Origin: Dicyema japonicum
Taxonomy: Eukaryota; Animalia; Dicyemida
Reading direction: 5' to 3'
DNA: 64,000 nucleotides
Assembly: GCA_011109175.1 (NCBI GenBank)
Contig: RDEW01000011.1
Coordinates: 1,107,389-1,171,388 of the forward strand
Translations under genes and position numbers: made by a program
Part shown: in pieces, positions 51,600 through 64,000 of the stretch
Numbering within the stretch: position 1 is the first letter of the stretch
How the letters are laid out: each line of letters starts with the position of its first letter
The notes under the pieces: model-generated
What the model was told of the DNA's origin: nothing
Seen by the model: the letters and a program-made list of their open reading frames with translations, nothing else
Databases searched by the model: none

Positions 51600-52200
51600 G
51601 CTTCCGACATCTCTTGAATTTTCACACTCCGTCAGTGATCCAACTGCACTCCGGAAGTGCCTTCTTTTATGTCTGCAGAAGAATTCTATTGCAATTACAC
51701 GTTTATGGTCGATCTGAATTCCTCTGCATGATCCGCCTTTTCTCTGAATGGGTTTTCTAGCTCCTTTAAAGTATGTAGGAAGCTTTGCCATTTCTTAACT
51801 TTGCTGCCTCTGAAAGTAGAATGGTGATGGAAATGGTGTTTGATTGCCTATGCCGCTTGATTTTCCGCATGATAGAAATTATACGCTCGATCCTTTAAGA
51901 GGAAACCTCCAGGCATAACAGGCATTATAACTACCCCCAGGATCATCAGGTCAAATGGAAAGAAATAAAAGTTCTCATCTAACTAAGTGATTCCAGACCG
52001 ACAAAGGAGAGGACAAGTCCGGCAGGGTCGAGAATCCTGAACAGCTCTTCTCATTGGACATGGCATCGGCTTAAAATTTTTGTATGATTGTAGATATTTC
52101 GATAGTGTCAGTAAACTAGCCTCCTTTAAGAGTTTCCGTTGTAATTCGATTAAGAAATTTTCAATGGGATAGATTTTGTGTTCTGGTCCAATTAACCTTA
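51600..52200 (-). mobile_element. LINE 3' fragments
   Basis: Tail motif at about 51925-52000 matches 48280-48360 and resembles 15642. Confidence 0.5.
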
Positions 52201-52669
52201 TTGCTCCTCGATAACAGGCACATTCAATTGTCCTGCGTAAAAGTGCAGTTTATTAACGAATTTTAATAAAAAAAACATAATTTATTTTATAAATGTAATA
52301 AACAAACTTTAACTACTCGAACAATTTGATGGATGATTTTGAATTTAATGCCGTGTGACTCACCTACGTGGTGGTATCGCTCACCTGAAGTGTTGGAAAA
52401 AATCAAACTAATAAAGGAAATGCCTTAAGCGAAAGACGTATCAAGGGTGTATCAATGATTTCTTTCATATTAACGGAATATTGCTCTCGTTTATCAAGAT
52501 TAAAAATTTGTGATGTTATCACTGTCACTGAAGGTCCCAGGTGCTTCAGTTCGAGAACAGAGATATCATCTGAGTTCCAAGACGACGAGTCAATAATTTT
52601 CCTTGGTCACTGAATGCACCCTAGAGTGGTTGAAAATGTTATACTGGGGGACTTTATGAATCCACTATG

Positions 52670-53340
52670 GTATTATTATAAGCACTTTCACGAGAGCCAT
52701 AATATTTATGTGCAGCAAAAAATATAAGAGAATTAGTTAGGTTGCTCCAAGCTCCTCTGTTCTGTGCTAGGTCCCTCAGTGAGTCCAAATCGTCACCAAA
52801 TGCCAATGTTTTCTTCACGGCTTTCAGATCGTTTTGTAAACGACCGGGAGGGTAGTTCTCGGTCTTCCACGAAAGCGTTTTATATTGGAGGAGTAGTAAT
52901 CTTCCATTGCGAAATTGGGAGGGGATATCGGGTCCAACCTCAGGACGTGTCCAAAAAGTCTCCAACAAGAACTAATGATCTCGTGGCTTAATGGTATACA
53001 GTCACATTTATTGTACAGTCCATTCCGAGAGATCTTGGATGGCCAGGACATTCCAGTTATGTTTCTTAGATGATTCCTGTGAAATGAGTCTAGCCTCTCC
53101 AATTCCTCTTTAGAGGTGGCCCAGGTCCCATAGTTGTATAGTAGGATTGGTTAGATAAAAGTGTCGTATAACATAATCCTTTGTTTTATGTTATACCCTT
53201 TTTGTTTTAGCCAAAGATTTTCCAGCCTGTGTAATGCCTCTTTTGCCAATGTTTTTCTCCGTATGATGTCTTCGCTATCTCCTAGTAGAGAGCCAAGTTT
53301 CTTTATGTGTCTCCATTTCTCACTATGGTATAACTACAAA
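52670..53340 (-). mobile_element. RTE 3' end
   Basis: LDSFHRNHLRNITG, WRLFGHVLRL, FRGRPRTT and LAQNRGAW; CTCGTGAAAGTGCTTATAATAAT tail as at 34335. Confidence 0.85.
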
Positions 53341-54689
53341 ATTAGATAAAATTAATTGTAATTTAATTTTAAAAAGTACCAAATTACTTGGTTAGCAACC
53401 AAGTAATGTTTGTACAATATTTAGACTCTACTCAAGTCGATAATATCAAAAAATACAAAGTGAGTTACAACATATTCGTAGTACAGTGGAGTAGACACCA
53501 GTCCTTTCTCAATTGGAGTTGGTTGTTCAGGGTTGGTTTGTTATCATATGTTAGACTTACATTCCTGTTTGGTTATCCCCAAATTTGCTTACCATTTCCA
53601 GTTTGGGGGTACTTATGTTTTCATTCCTTGTTATTGACATGTATGACTATAACTTTTGCACGTGCACATCTGTGTTATTCGTTGCTATTCCTGCATGGGT
53701 TTGGATTATCACGTCAATATGTGTTTTTTTATCCCACACTCTTGGTCTACCTTGTATAAGGACATATAGATGGAACTGACGGAATGCAGGCGAGGAAGCT
53801 TGGGATTATTTCCCCAATGGGGGAACTACTCGATCATTGATGTGATAGCTTCTCTGCTTATTTAATCTCAGTCTTTATATTTTCCTCTCTCTATTCGTGT
53901 GGTCCTGGAGGAATTGGCATTCTTAGGGTTGTTGTTAATATTCGGAGTATTATTACCCTATTCTATATCACACATTGGGATAAATACATTACAGGAACTC
54001 TTTTCCTTTCATGGGGTTACGATCCAATGTTCGTGGTTGTTATGCATTACTATTTCAGTTAATTTTTTATGCTTTTCATGCCCTTATTAAAATTTATTTG
54101 GAAGTTCTCTAGTTCTCTATTTTGGATACTTTAGAGTGGTCTATTAGTGTTGTAATACGTCACTTACGTCTAGTTTGTGTGTGGTATCTCAACGCCTGTT
54201 TGTATAATGAACATATACAAATCGTATTATGAAGAGACTGGGAAGATGAAATCCTTCTGGGAGGCCATTCGACCAGTTTGCTATCTGCTGTCTACAAGAG
54301 ACAAAAACGACCGTACAATTTACAGAACTGTTTAGAAAATTCCACATTTTTACCCTTTCATTGGCCTGCCGACATTATGGTCTCGGATTTACAGTCTATC
54401 AGGACCTGATTCATCGTGTTACAAAACTGTGAACAGTATCTAACATTATAATGAAAATGACGGACGACCTAGAATACCTAAGAGAACTAGCGCGCAACAG
54501 AGGATCATGGTCGAGCCTGACGGTGAGGATGATTAGGAATACGGCACAAGAGAAACTTTACTGATTTTGTGTTTTCTCGGGAGTGCTTTTTAATAATAAT
54601 TTATTAAAATTTAATTTATTAAAGATACACTCACTTCCAATGTTTTGTGGTCCCACAAGTGGAGATCTGAGGCCGTTCAAAAGTTCATT

Positions 54690-56170
54690 TATTTAATAAC
54701 CCCGAAAAGGGAACACCAAGAAAGAAGGAGTAAACTAACCAATTAAGTGATCCCGGTATGCCTCAACAGGATCGAGAGGTTTTTCCTGTGTTCTTCCAGA
54801 GTACCCACGGCTTTCCTGAATAGACGACGATCATCTTTCATTAGAGTTTGAAGAGGGGTGGGTTTTTCTTCCAAATTTCGTGTATTTGAGGCCTCTAGCT
54901 TTGAATGGAAGAAACGACTTGTTTCTTGACTACATAGACCGATGAAGCCGGAGCCGTTATTTTTGATTGCGGCGTGGTCAAGCATTGGGGGGAAAGATCA
55001 GGGGTAGATTTGTTAGACGTGCAAGTTCACCTGTTAGGGAGTTGATCTTGTATGAATTGGATATTGAAGCTCCATAGGCCCAAACATACTTTACCGTCGG
55101 TTTTAGAAGTTGATTGAACAAGACGACAACGCATTCCCATGACGGTCTGGATTTTAAGAGCAATTTGATTATATTTAATTACCTGAGACCCTTTGTCATT
55201 ACGTTCTTCACATGTTGAGAAAATTTCATCAAAGGGTCAAAAGTCACTCCTTTAATAGTTGGATGAATCTGTATTGGTAAAGAGTCTTCATAAATGTTCA
55301 AATCCAGTGTATGTTTTTCTTTTCTGTCTGTTAAGATTGTATACGTTGATTTATCCCTGGATATGAAGAGACGATTCAAATTCAACCAGGCTTCCAGGTC
55401 GTCAATATGTGACTGAAGCTCTGATTTTGCTATACCCACGTATTTGTTCCTGCTAGCGATGATTAAGTCGTCAGCATAAGTGAGAAGCATTGAATCTGGT
55501 CCTCCAGGGCAGGGTAACTCGTTTAAGAATTAATTAAATAACGCCGGAAAAAGGGGCAATCCTTGAGGGACGCCATTTGGTAGGATACGGGACCTCGATC
55601 TTGCGTGGCCTATACAGACACGTCCTCTTCTTCCGGAGAGAAAATTGACTATCCATCTTATTAAAGCCGGCTGATGGTGGAGTCTAAAAACCTTTTTCGT
55701 GAGTAATGTTCTCGGGACAGAATCGAACGCCTTCTGGATGTCCAGAGATACCACTTTTGTCCGTAGATAGCGTTTCGGTTCGTTGAACCCTTCTGATATA
55801 AATTGAGACAGTGAAGTCAAATGTGTCGTAGTTTAACGCTCACATTCGAAACCAAACGAGTTTCTTCATTAGGCGCGATAATGCGCACGTTAATGAAATT
55901 GGACGGTAAGAAAGTAAGGTTTTCGATTTTCCTGGTTTTAGGAGAGGTATTATAAGTGAGTTCTTCCACGTTCTTGTTAGAAGACAAATTAAAAATTGAC
56001 GTAATCGAATTGATTGCAACATTACCAAAATGTTTTTGCAACATTCCCGGAATGCCGTCAGGACCACACGTATAAGATTTCTTCATCGATCTTATAGCCA
56101 ATGTGACCTCGGCATGCGTAAATAAATTGATCCACGAAGTTGATTTAGGAATTAAATTCCGAAGCTGACA
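54690..56170 (-). mobile_element. APE-type LINE, RT and 3' end
   Basis: LDIQKAFDSV, NGVPQG and TYADDL; family 3' tail at 54690. Confidence 0.85.
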
Positions 56171-56173
56171 AGA

Positions 56174-57200
56174 ATGGGATTCAAAATGTCTACAACTATG
56201 TTCGGAATCTACATTTCGAAGGCCTTCGACTCTGTCGACAGATGGAGGCTAATACTGGTTCTGGGGAGTTCCCTAGACGCTTCCATTGTCAGAATGGCCA
56301 CCATTCTCCTAGCTGATACTTGGCTCACTGTAAGAGTTGGGGGAGCCTTGTCTTGCCGATTTGAGACGACCGTTGGTACTCACCTATTCCCATTTTCACC
56401 TATTCTTTTTGTCATATACCTTAAAGCTGCTCTACGGGAATCGAAACCGATACTGGGTGAAAAGACAAACATTATTGCGTATGCTGACGACGTAGACTTT
56501 ATTTCAAATGACAAAATACCGCTCATTCCTTTTTTGGAAAAAGTTCCTGGAAAAGACAAACATTATTACGTATGCTGACGACGTAGACTTTATTTCAAAT
56601 GAAAAAATATCGCTCATTCCTTTTTTGGAAAAAGTTCCTGGAAGACTAGCCGAATGGTCCCTAACAGTAAATCCGGATAAGACTGAGGTAACTGAACTCA
56701 AAAGGGAAGAAACAAAGACGGAGGAACACTGGCGCAAATGCAAAAAGCTTGGCTCTCTCTTTGGAGACCATGAAGACATTACAAGAAGGAAAACCTTAGC
56801 ACAAACTGCCCTCTCCAGAATGAAGAACACCTGACTCCACAAAAAGGGCCTTGACATTATAACAAAAACTTGATTATACAACTCGCTAGTGAAACCCATA
56901 CTACTGTATAACGCTGGTACCTGGGCCTGTTCAAGAAATGAATTGAAGAGACTTAATGCGTTTCATAGAGACCAACTACGGCAAACGATGTTCAAAATAA
57001 GTGATACGAGGATGTCATCTAATCTTCTCTATAAAAGGACGATGACCTCTGAAATCTCAAATGAAATTCTGGACCTAGATGCCCCCGCGAACGTAGCCAT
57101 AAAGGATTACTTCATGTTGGATGTTATCTCAACTGGGTCTGGACGATTAGTCCTTAAAAACCAAAAGATGACTATACTGTGTTAGAATAATAATATTATT
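56174..57200 (+). mobile_element. RTE RT 3' fragment
   Basis: ISKAFDSVDR, FETTVG, YADDVDFIS and KKLGSL; 91-bp tandem duplication at 56461/56552. Confidence 0.85.
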
Positions 57201-57475
57201 GGGAACTTTAAAAAAATTGAATATTGAGTGCATGGCATAATTTATAAATCTATGGATCAGGCAAATTAAAACCACACTTCCAAAGTAATGTACATGCAAA
57301 TAGAGATAACCCAGACCATAGCCAAAAATATGTTCTCCACCAATAGTGATGATACTAAAAGAGAATGATATAATACAAGAACGCCAACGAATGAGATGAT
57401 TGGGATGAAGAAGAGATTGAATATGGGAGACTGAGAATCAGTCATTTGTGCTACAATCAGACGACACTACAAATC

Positions 57476-60315
57476 NCCGGTATACTTCGTTTTCAGGCGA
57501 GACAGAGGTCATGGAAAGGGAAGAGGTCTTGTTACATTAATCAGGAAGTATATAAAGACCAGAAATATTTCGGACGACAACCCGGACCCCTTCCGTCAAG
57601 ACGATACACTGTAACAACGACTCTGAGAATCTGCCTATTCCCTCTCCGATTGACAGTTGTCAATATGTACATACCCCAGCGGCTACCATCCAGAACTCAA
57701 GAGATTCACCAGATTTTAAAACATGCTAATTGGCGGTGACCTAAACGCGAAGAGTTCTCAATGTTGGCCAACAACTAGATCAAAGGAGAGTCTTCATATC
57801 CGACATTTTTTACGACCTGATCATTCTCGATAATCCAAGCCAACACACAAAAACCCTTTCCGTCGAGACGACTCCCCTACTTCACTCGACATTTCTTTTG
57901 CCGCTCTTTCTCTTGCGGCTGTCATTTCATGAGATGTTATATACGATTTACTGATCATAACCCAATCTTCATGAGGATCCCACAAAAACATAAGTTAATG
58001 AACACTCCGAGAACCAATGTTAACTTCTAAAAGGTAATATAGTTTGCTTTTACATTTTATTGAACTAAACCTTCAGGCCTTCCAGATAGAGGACTTCAGA
58101 TCTATCGACGTGCTGTCAAATACCTCAACAAAATTATACTCCGAGCACGCCAAGGATTCATTCGATAAGTCGTCCTTAACGTTTATCACATCCAATTGAT
58201 GCTGAAACGCGAGCTCTATTTCAAACGAGAAATAATCTAAAGAAATTCGAAATACAATCAGTGGAAGTAGCTGAAAGGATATCAAAGCTGAATAAAGAAA
58301 TCACGCGGAACATTACAAAACACAACATAGAACGTTGGGAAGCCTTGCTCAGAAAAGCTTGAATAATACTTCCTTCACTATTATGGAAATCAATACGGAG
58401 GCTCAAGAAGTGTTCTCCACATTTAATTGGCCATCGAGAGTCATGTCCAAATCTCAATGACAGTATGAAGTATATTTGTCATAAAACATATTCGAAAGAC
58501 CTGGATGTTCGTTCAGTCCATGGTCGAAGGAATAAATGTCCCAACATGACTTTCTTTGACTCTTCAATGGTGCACTCAGTAATCAGAAAATGAATAACTC
58601 GTCGTCCTGCGGTTCAGATGACATTTCCGTTTTCGAACTAAAACACCTGGGTCTTTCCGTGACGGCTGCAATAACATAAATTTTCAATCTCTCAACAAAT
58701 GAGAACAAGATTCCGTAAATATCGAAGAAATCACTGATAACACCCTATCCTGAAGAAAAACAAACCACAAACTTACCGTCCTCCTACCGCCCGGTATCCA
58801 TCATCTGTGGCATACAACGAGTGTTAGAAAACTGATCCTTCTCAAGATCCGTCCTTTCGTAACTCTGCTATTTTTTATACGTGGATTCTACAAAGGACAC
58901 TCAACAACAACTCATTTAAAAAAAACTGGTCCAATTTATCTCGGACGGACTGGATACCCCAAATCCACACGAGATTACCGTGCTGATCTTAGTGCATGCA
59001 GAAAAGGTTTTTGACTAAGTATCCCGGAAAATCCTTACGGCAAAATTTTTTTTGACGTCGATTAACTCTAAATTCAAGTCATGGTTGGCTAATTTCATCA
59101 GTGGTCGAATGGACTATGTGGTGGCAAACAACCAAAAATCAAAACCTTCCAAATTGAGTTCCACAAGGATCACCGTTGTCACAAATGATAATCAACATGT
59201 TCCTCAGTGACCTCCTATCTCTGACCACTAAAAATTCAACTCTTTTATCGNATAGAGTTCCACAAGGATCACCGTTGTCACAAATGATATTCAACATGTT
59301 CCTCAGTGACCTCCTATCTCTGACCACTAAAAATTCAACTCTTTTATCGTATGCAAATGATCTCGTGATTGCAGTGAAATATCGAAGATTCGAGAAGGCG
59401 ACACGTTTCGTGCAAGATCCATCAATCCTGATGGGTCTTTGGTCTTTGAAGAACCGCATTAATATATCACCAGGAAAGTCACATGTAACGGCATTTACTT
59501 CATACGAAAAGAAATATGGGATATGGCAGAAATAAAATTTTATGACTCCCCGATCCCCATTAAGAAGACCCTTTTAATTTTTGGATTCATCCTGGATTTT
59601 CTTCTTTCATTCACTCATCAAGTGGACCTGGTAANTGGGTCTTTGGTCTTTGAAGAACCGCATTAATATATCACCAGGAAAGTCACATGTAACGGCATTT
59701 ACCTCATACGAAAAGAAATATGGGATATGGCAGAAATAAAATTTTATGACTCCCCGATCCCCATTAAGAAGACCCTTTTAATTTTTGGATTCATCCTGGA
59801 TTTTCTTCTTTCATTCACTCATCAAGTGGACCTGGTAACCGCGAGGATCCAAAATAAAATTAAAATTCTTAAGGCTTTTACGCGCCCATCGTTAGAGCTT
59901 GTATGCAAACAATTTGTTCTACTGAGTATCGAGTACGCCTGTGCTGCATGGATTATCCCTTTATCACTATCGCACAGAGCAGCTGGAATTGTTACAAAAC
60001 CAATGTCTCAGAATATCACTGAGATCATCGAAAAAGACGCCCACTTCGTTACTACGGAGAACACTAAACGTCCCCCCAATCATGGAATATTTTACGGAAC
60101 ATCATCGGGACTTCCTCAAGATGGAAATGTCTTCTGACCATCATATCAGGCCAGACATTAAACTATATATGGACGCATGCCTGAGATACGAGAAGAAACC
60201 TTCCCCGTTGAGGAGATTAATTCAGGACTCCAAAACTAACCGCAGGAATAGGACTGGTATGGACACCGTGATCATTTAATTAGACAATAACTCGTGATTT
60301 GGGGTCATAAATTAA
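57476..60315 (+). mobile_element. Decayed APE-RT LINE with 3' tail
   Basis: APE (DRGHGKGRGL, GGDLNAK), RT (VPQGSPLS, YANDLV) and tail GGGGTCATAAATTAAA; overlaps at N 59251 and 59635. Confidence 0.8.
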
Positions 60316-60499
60316 ATTTGATGGATACGGTCCTCAGCTCTTATTTCGGACTGAATGTATCTATGACACCATCGTGAGTTGTGGACTTGTGGAAAAACCT
60401 ATATCTTAATGTTTCGGATGGTGTGCAGATCAGAAAGCGTATTCGAAAAGTGTCTTTGAAAAAAAGAGGAGCTCCTTGAAAACATGCGAAAAGACTTGT

Positions 60500-61070
60500 A
60501 TGCCTCAAACAGGCTAGCTGCCGTTTAGCAGATTTCTGGCTGAACGCCTATCCTTGTGTCTAAACTGGTAACCTGAAAATAGTCTACTCGCTACGTCTTG
60601 ATCTCAAAGTGTGTTTGGAGCAAAAATGCCGTTGTGGACGATTGATCGATTCATATGGCTATCAACTACTGTCGCGAGGGCCGTTTCCCAAGGCATGCTC
60701 GTCTCAATGCTACGTTTTCAAAACGCACTTTCCTCTGCTGGCCAACACAGTATTTTGGAGTTGACTGGTCTCACCCGAAACGATGGCAAACACCCCGACG
60801 GGATGACAACATTCCTTTTTGCTAATAGTCGGAACCTGGTTTGGACTCCATGTGTGTTGATTCATACTCTCTGAAACTTTGGCCGCTTCACTCTCGGACT
60901 CAGTTCATGTTTCTAAACAAGCCGAAAGTCAGAAGAAAAGGAAATACCGAAGCATTTCGGTTTCTCAGAGGTGAGGTTAGTACTCATCTTGAAAATTAAT
61001 CAACAAACGAAAATCAGGCCTCTTCCGCGACTCCTGTGAGAATTTCTTGATCTTTGCGTCTAACTCTCAA
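60500..61070 (+). mobile_element. CRE-type RLE fragment
   Basis: CRCGRLID, PRHARLN and LTGLTRNDGKHPDGMTTF. Confidence 0.75.
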
Positions 61071-63549
61071 ACTTTATTATTATTATTTTGTCAAACGAAA
61101 CTAAAAGAAAATTATCTCCTTGTCGCTTCTGCAACACCGTTGACTATTTTCAATGTTATATTTTTTTACGCTCTCCTTGAGAAGGCGATTTTTTGAAGGC
61201 CATTTCAGGCTTTTTCTTTAAAGTCCATAGATCTTTGTGAATTGCAATAGGAAGAAGGAAGTGAAGATGTCCGCGGTATCCACAGCTAATCTGGACTAAA
61301 GTTTTCATTTTAATGCTTTCCAAGTGTCCTAGTAGAGACCCTAACATCCTCACTCTTCTCCACGTTGCTTTAGCTAACTATTGTTATGTCCACTTTTTAG
61401 ATATTCATTTTCATGATCATTTTGTATGTCCCCCATCTTTTTGGAAACATAGTCTATGTCGTCGGCATAGAAAAGTTATATTATTTCACATGATCCAATT
61501 TTTGTGCGTAGTCCACAAAGTGTCTTTCAAGGTAGATTGAGTCCAATCCCCAGTAATTAGAACTTAATGGCACCCATGGTTATCTTAGAGTGTCGAAGAC
61601 AACACAGTGTAGAATAGGTCAATTTTTTAAGTTATAGCCGTGGTTAGAAGCATAAAAATTTATTATAATTGTTAATAATATCTTGATTATGAAAATCGTT
61701 GATTTTTCAACACTTTTCTATTGTAATGTTTTGATGCACAGCAAAGCCAATTCCATGATTCCTACAGTCTGGTTCCAAACGGAAATCCCCATTGTCTTCA
61801 TCAAGATTGGCGGACACTTTAATCAAAAGGCAGGAATCAGGAATGAAAGTTCTAGTGAGGAGGTTGAAATTCTCAGCATTAACGGAAAAAATCATTCTAA
61901 GTTATTTGAAGAAGGAAGATGTGCTGTTCATGCAGAACTATTTTCTTAAAACAGCCAGCACAAAGCGATATTTGATACTTATAAATGGACTCTCCTCCTT
62001 CACTAGGTTTTCGTTCTGTCTCATTACTTGCTCTACCAATCCTTTAAACCCATCGAATAAGAAAGTCCTTTATGAAATACGCTATGACTATCTAGATATA
62101 CACAGAAAATGAAAACTCATAAAATCCGATGTTTTAACATAAAAGATGTTGGATGTAAAAAGACAAGTTTATTTTCAGAGAATGCCCGTTTACGTAATCA
62201 TCATAGGAGACTAAATGAATTATTTGAGAATTACATGTCCCCAAATTGTCAAAGTTCTTACTCCCGACCACCTCCTAAGAATTATCTTACCAAAACCATT
62301 ACTTTAATGTGCAAACATTTACGTCATTTCAAAAGTGACGATAACTAACCACCACATTTACTCTACCAATAACATTATAATGAAGTATTCTCCTGATACA
62401 TTCAGACTTCTCAACATACTAGTTTTCCAACAAAATGACTTTTATGTCTCACAATTGACCACAGCACACTTTTTGGAGAACAATGACGCTATCAGTTGGT
62501 TGGAGATGAAGGTTTTTACAGTTGCATAATGAATTTTGAGTTATGTGGTATCCGTTTGGTCGTTGTTTGGCTTTTAGTAATTCTCTGGAACAATCCTGTA
62601 ATATCAGAATTCTTTGGTATTTAATTCTAAAATGGACAAAGTTTTCACAGAAAACAACCTGTGAACTGATTGAAGGATAGATCGCTGCAGTCTATATTAA
62701 TCCATAGCCTCTCAGACTCCAAAGTAACTCAAATGAATGCCTATTTGGAAGAACTGATGGATTCGGGCATTATGGAAAATATATCCTCTGATAGTCTTAG
62801 TTAGTGAGATAAATACTATTCTGAGATGATATCAAAGTGGGAGATGGCACATTTGATCAAGGAGATATTATATATTGTAAATGACAGTTTATTGTCAACC
62901 TCTGATTCATAATGTAAATATATAGCCATAACAGAGGCAAGGGGACAGACCATCTACATATGAGCACATCACTTATGGTTTGTAAAAATGATAGTTTATC
63001 ATCATTCGACAGAATACATAATAACAATCTTTTTTACAGTCCTATCCAGTAATTAAAGTGACCTTACTTGGCATGATTGAGCAGTGCACTGATCCTACAT
63101 ATATACAAAATCTTCAATAAACTAACGAAGAACCGTGAAGTGTAAAACTCCAACAGCACACATCAATTTTACCCGTCATTGAAATAAGTTCTACTCCGAG
63201 ACATCCCAGGTACCACAATTTCTCCAAACATAAAATTCATGGAAAAAAGAGAATATACTTGATTTCTCTACTATCAACTATTTTTATTAATTTATTATAA
63301 AATTTGATTTCGACTAATTTTTATTTTTCTTGATGGCGTCTTTACAAATGATCAGAGAAATAATTTTTGCAGATACACCTAAGTGATTCTAAAAATGGTA
63401 TTATTGTGTTAGTGGTGACATCTCAAGTCCATGCTCGTACGTTATTAACAAGTAAACACGGTTTAGGACCGACCATGTGGAACTCCTTGGTAGACCAAAT
63501 CAAACTAGAACAGTAACCTTTGTCTAATTCATCCTTACTTCCAGAAAGC

Positions 63550-64000
63550 TAGGTATTCAGCTTCTGAGTTCCATGGGGTCCCCCTTCAGAGAGGGTGCTT
63601 CGGAGGCCATAATGCTAGATTAATTGGAGCGTCATAACTTCATCAAAGAATAGTACATGGCGGCGAGTCCAAGAGCTTACCCTCAGAAACAGTCGCCAAA
63701 AGATCTCTCTAACGGGATCCAATCTGAAGGTATGAGAGACTGGCTTTTATTATGCATTTCAGGGCTAGCCTCTGGAAATTTCTAGCCACTGATGTAAAAT
63801 CCTGGTTTTAGACAAAAATCAATTCCACCATCTTCCTCGGAAACAACAAGTCTTGACTGGAAAAAGGTGTCAGTACAGGCCCAATCCCAAATCAAGCATT
63901 TCTTCCGAGAGAGAAGGGGAAGACAGTTACTTCCATATAGCGCTTTCCATCTCCACGATCCGTTCCAGAGACGACAAAAATCCAGCCGTTTCAAGAAGAC
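63550..64000 (-). mobile_element. CRE-type RLE fragment, running off the window end
   Basis: CLPLLSRKKCLIWDWACTDTF. Confidence 0.6.

Noticed and set aside
53388-54090. Hydrophobic plus-strand ORFs as membrane proteins
   Set aside because: Read like the antisense of an A/C-rich, stop-ridden tract; no motif or splice model
30692-59840. Apparent tandem duplications at single-N positions (30889, 35879, 37740, 40564, 45899, 48500, 50273, 59251, 59635) and the 59-N gap, including apparent partial gene duplications
   Set aside because: Each is an end-to-start overlap centred exactly on an N, the signature of unmerged contig ends

Overview
AT-rich eukaryotic genomic DNA from a draft, haplotype-mixed assembly: two N gaps and ten single-N joins, most flanked by duplicated contig ends. 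Four host genes can be reconstructed by hand: a PTB+SH2 adaptor (minus, one in-frame TAA), a steroid 5-alpha-reductase-family gene, a SAP-domain gene and a NAPE-PLD-like metallo-beta-lactamase. Together they contain 13 GT-AG micro-introns of 21-24 nt, plus five of 59-210 nt in the PTB-SH2 gene. A PTB-SH2 adaptor with such tiny introns points to a reduced holozoan, probably an animal parasite (inference; the taxon cannot be fixed from this window). Most of the rest is decayed mobile DNA: APE-RT LINEs, RTE-clade LINEs, CRE-type and other restriction-like-endonuclease retroelements, a tRNA-derived SINE family and a hAT/Buster transposase remnant. Positions 1-5990 are a colinear, deletion-riddled duplicate of 12779-27895. 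The most interesting system is a LINE family with four linked parts: a conserved 5' RNA element with a covarying, HDV-like pseudoknot topology; a 2A/StopGo motif (DVEPNPGP) fused ahead of the APE domain; a conserved 3' tail; and a 321-bp non-autonomous head+tail derivative with an 11-bp target-site duplication. This parallels trypanosomatid L1Tc/NARTc and ingi/RIME. All alignments and folds were done by eye; no searches were run.
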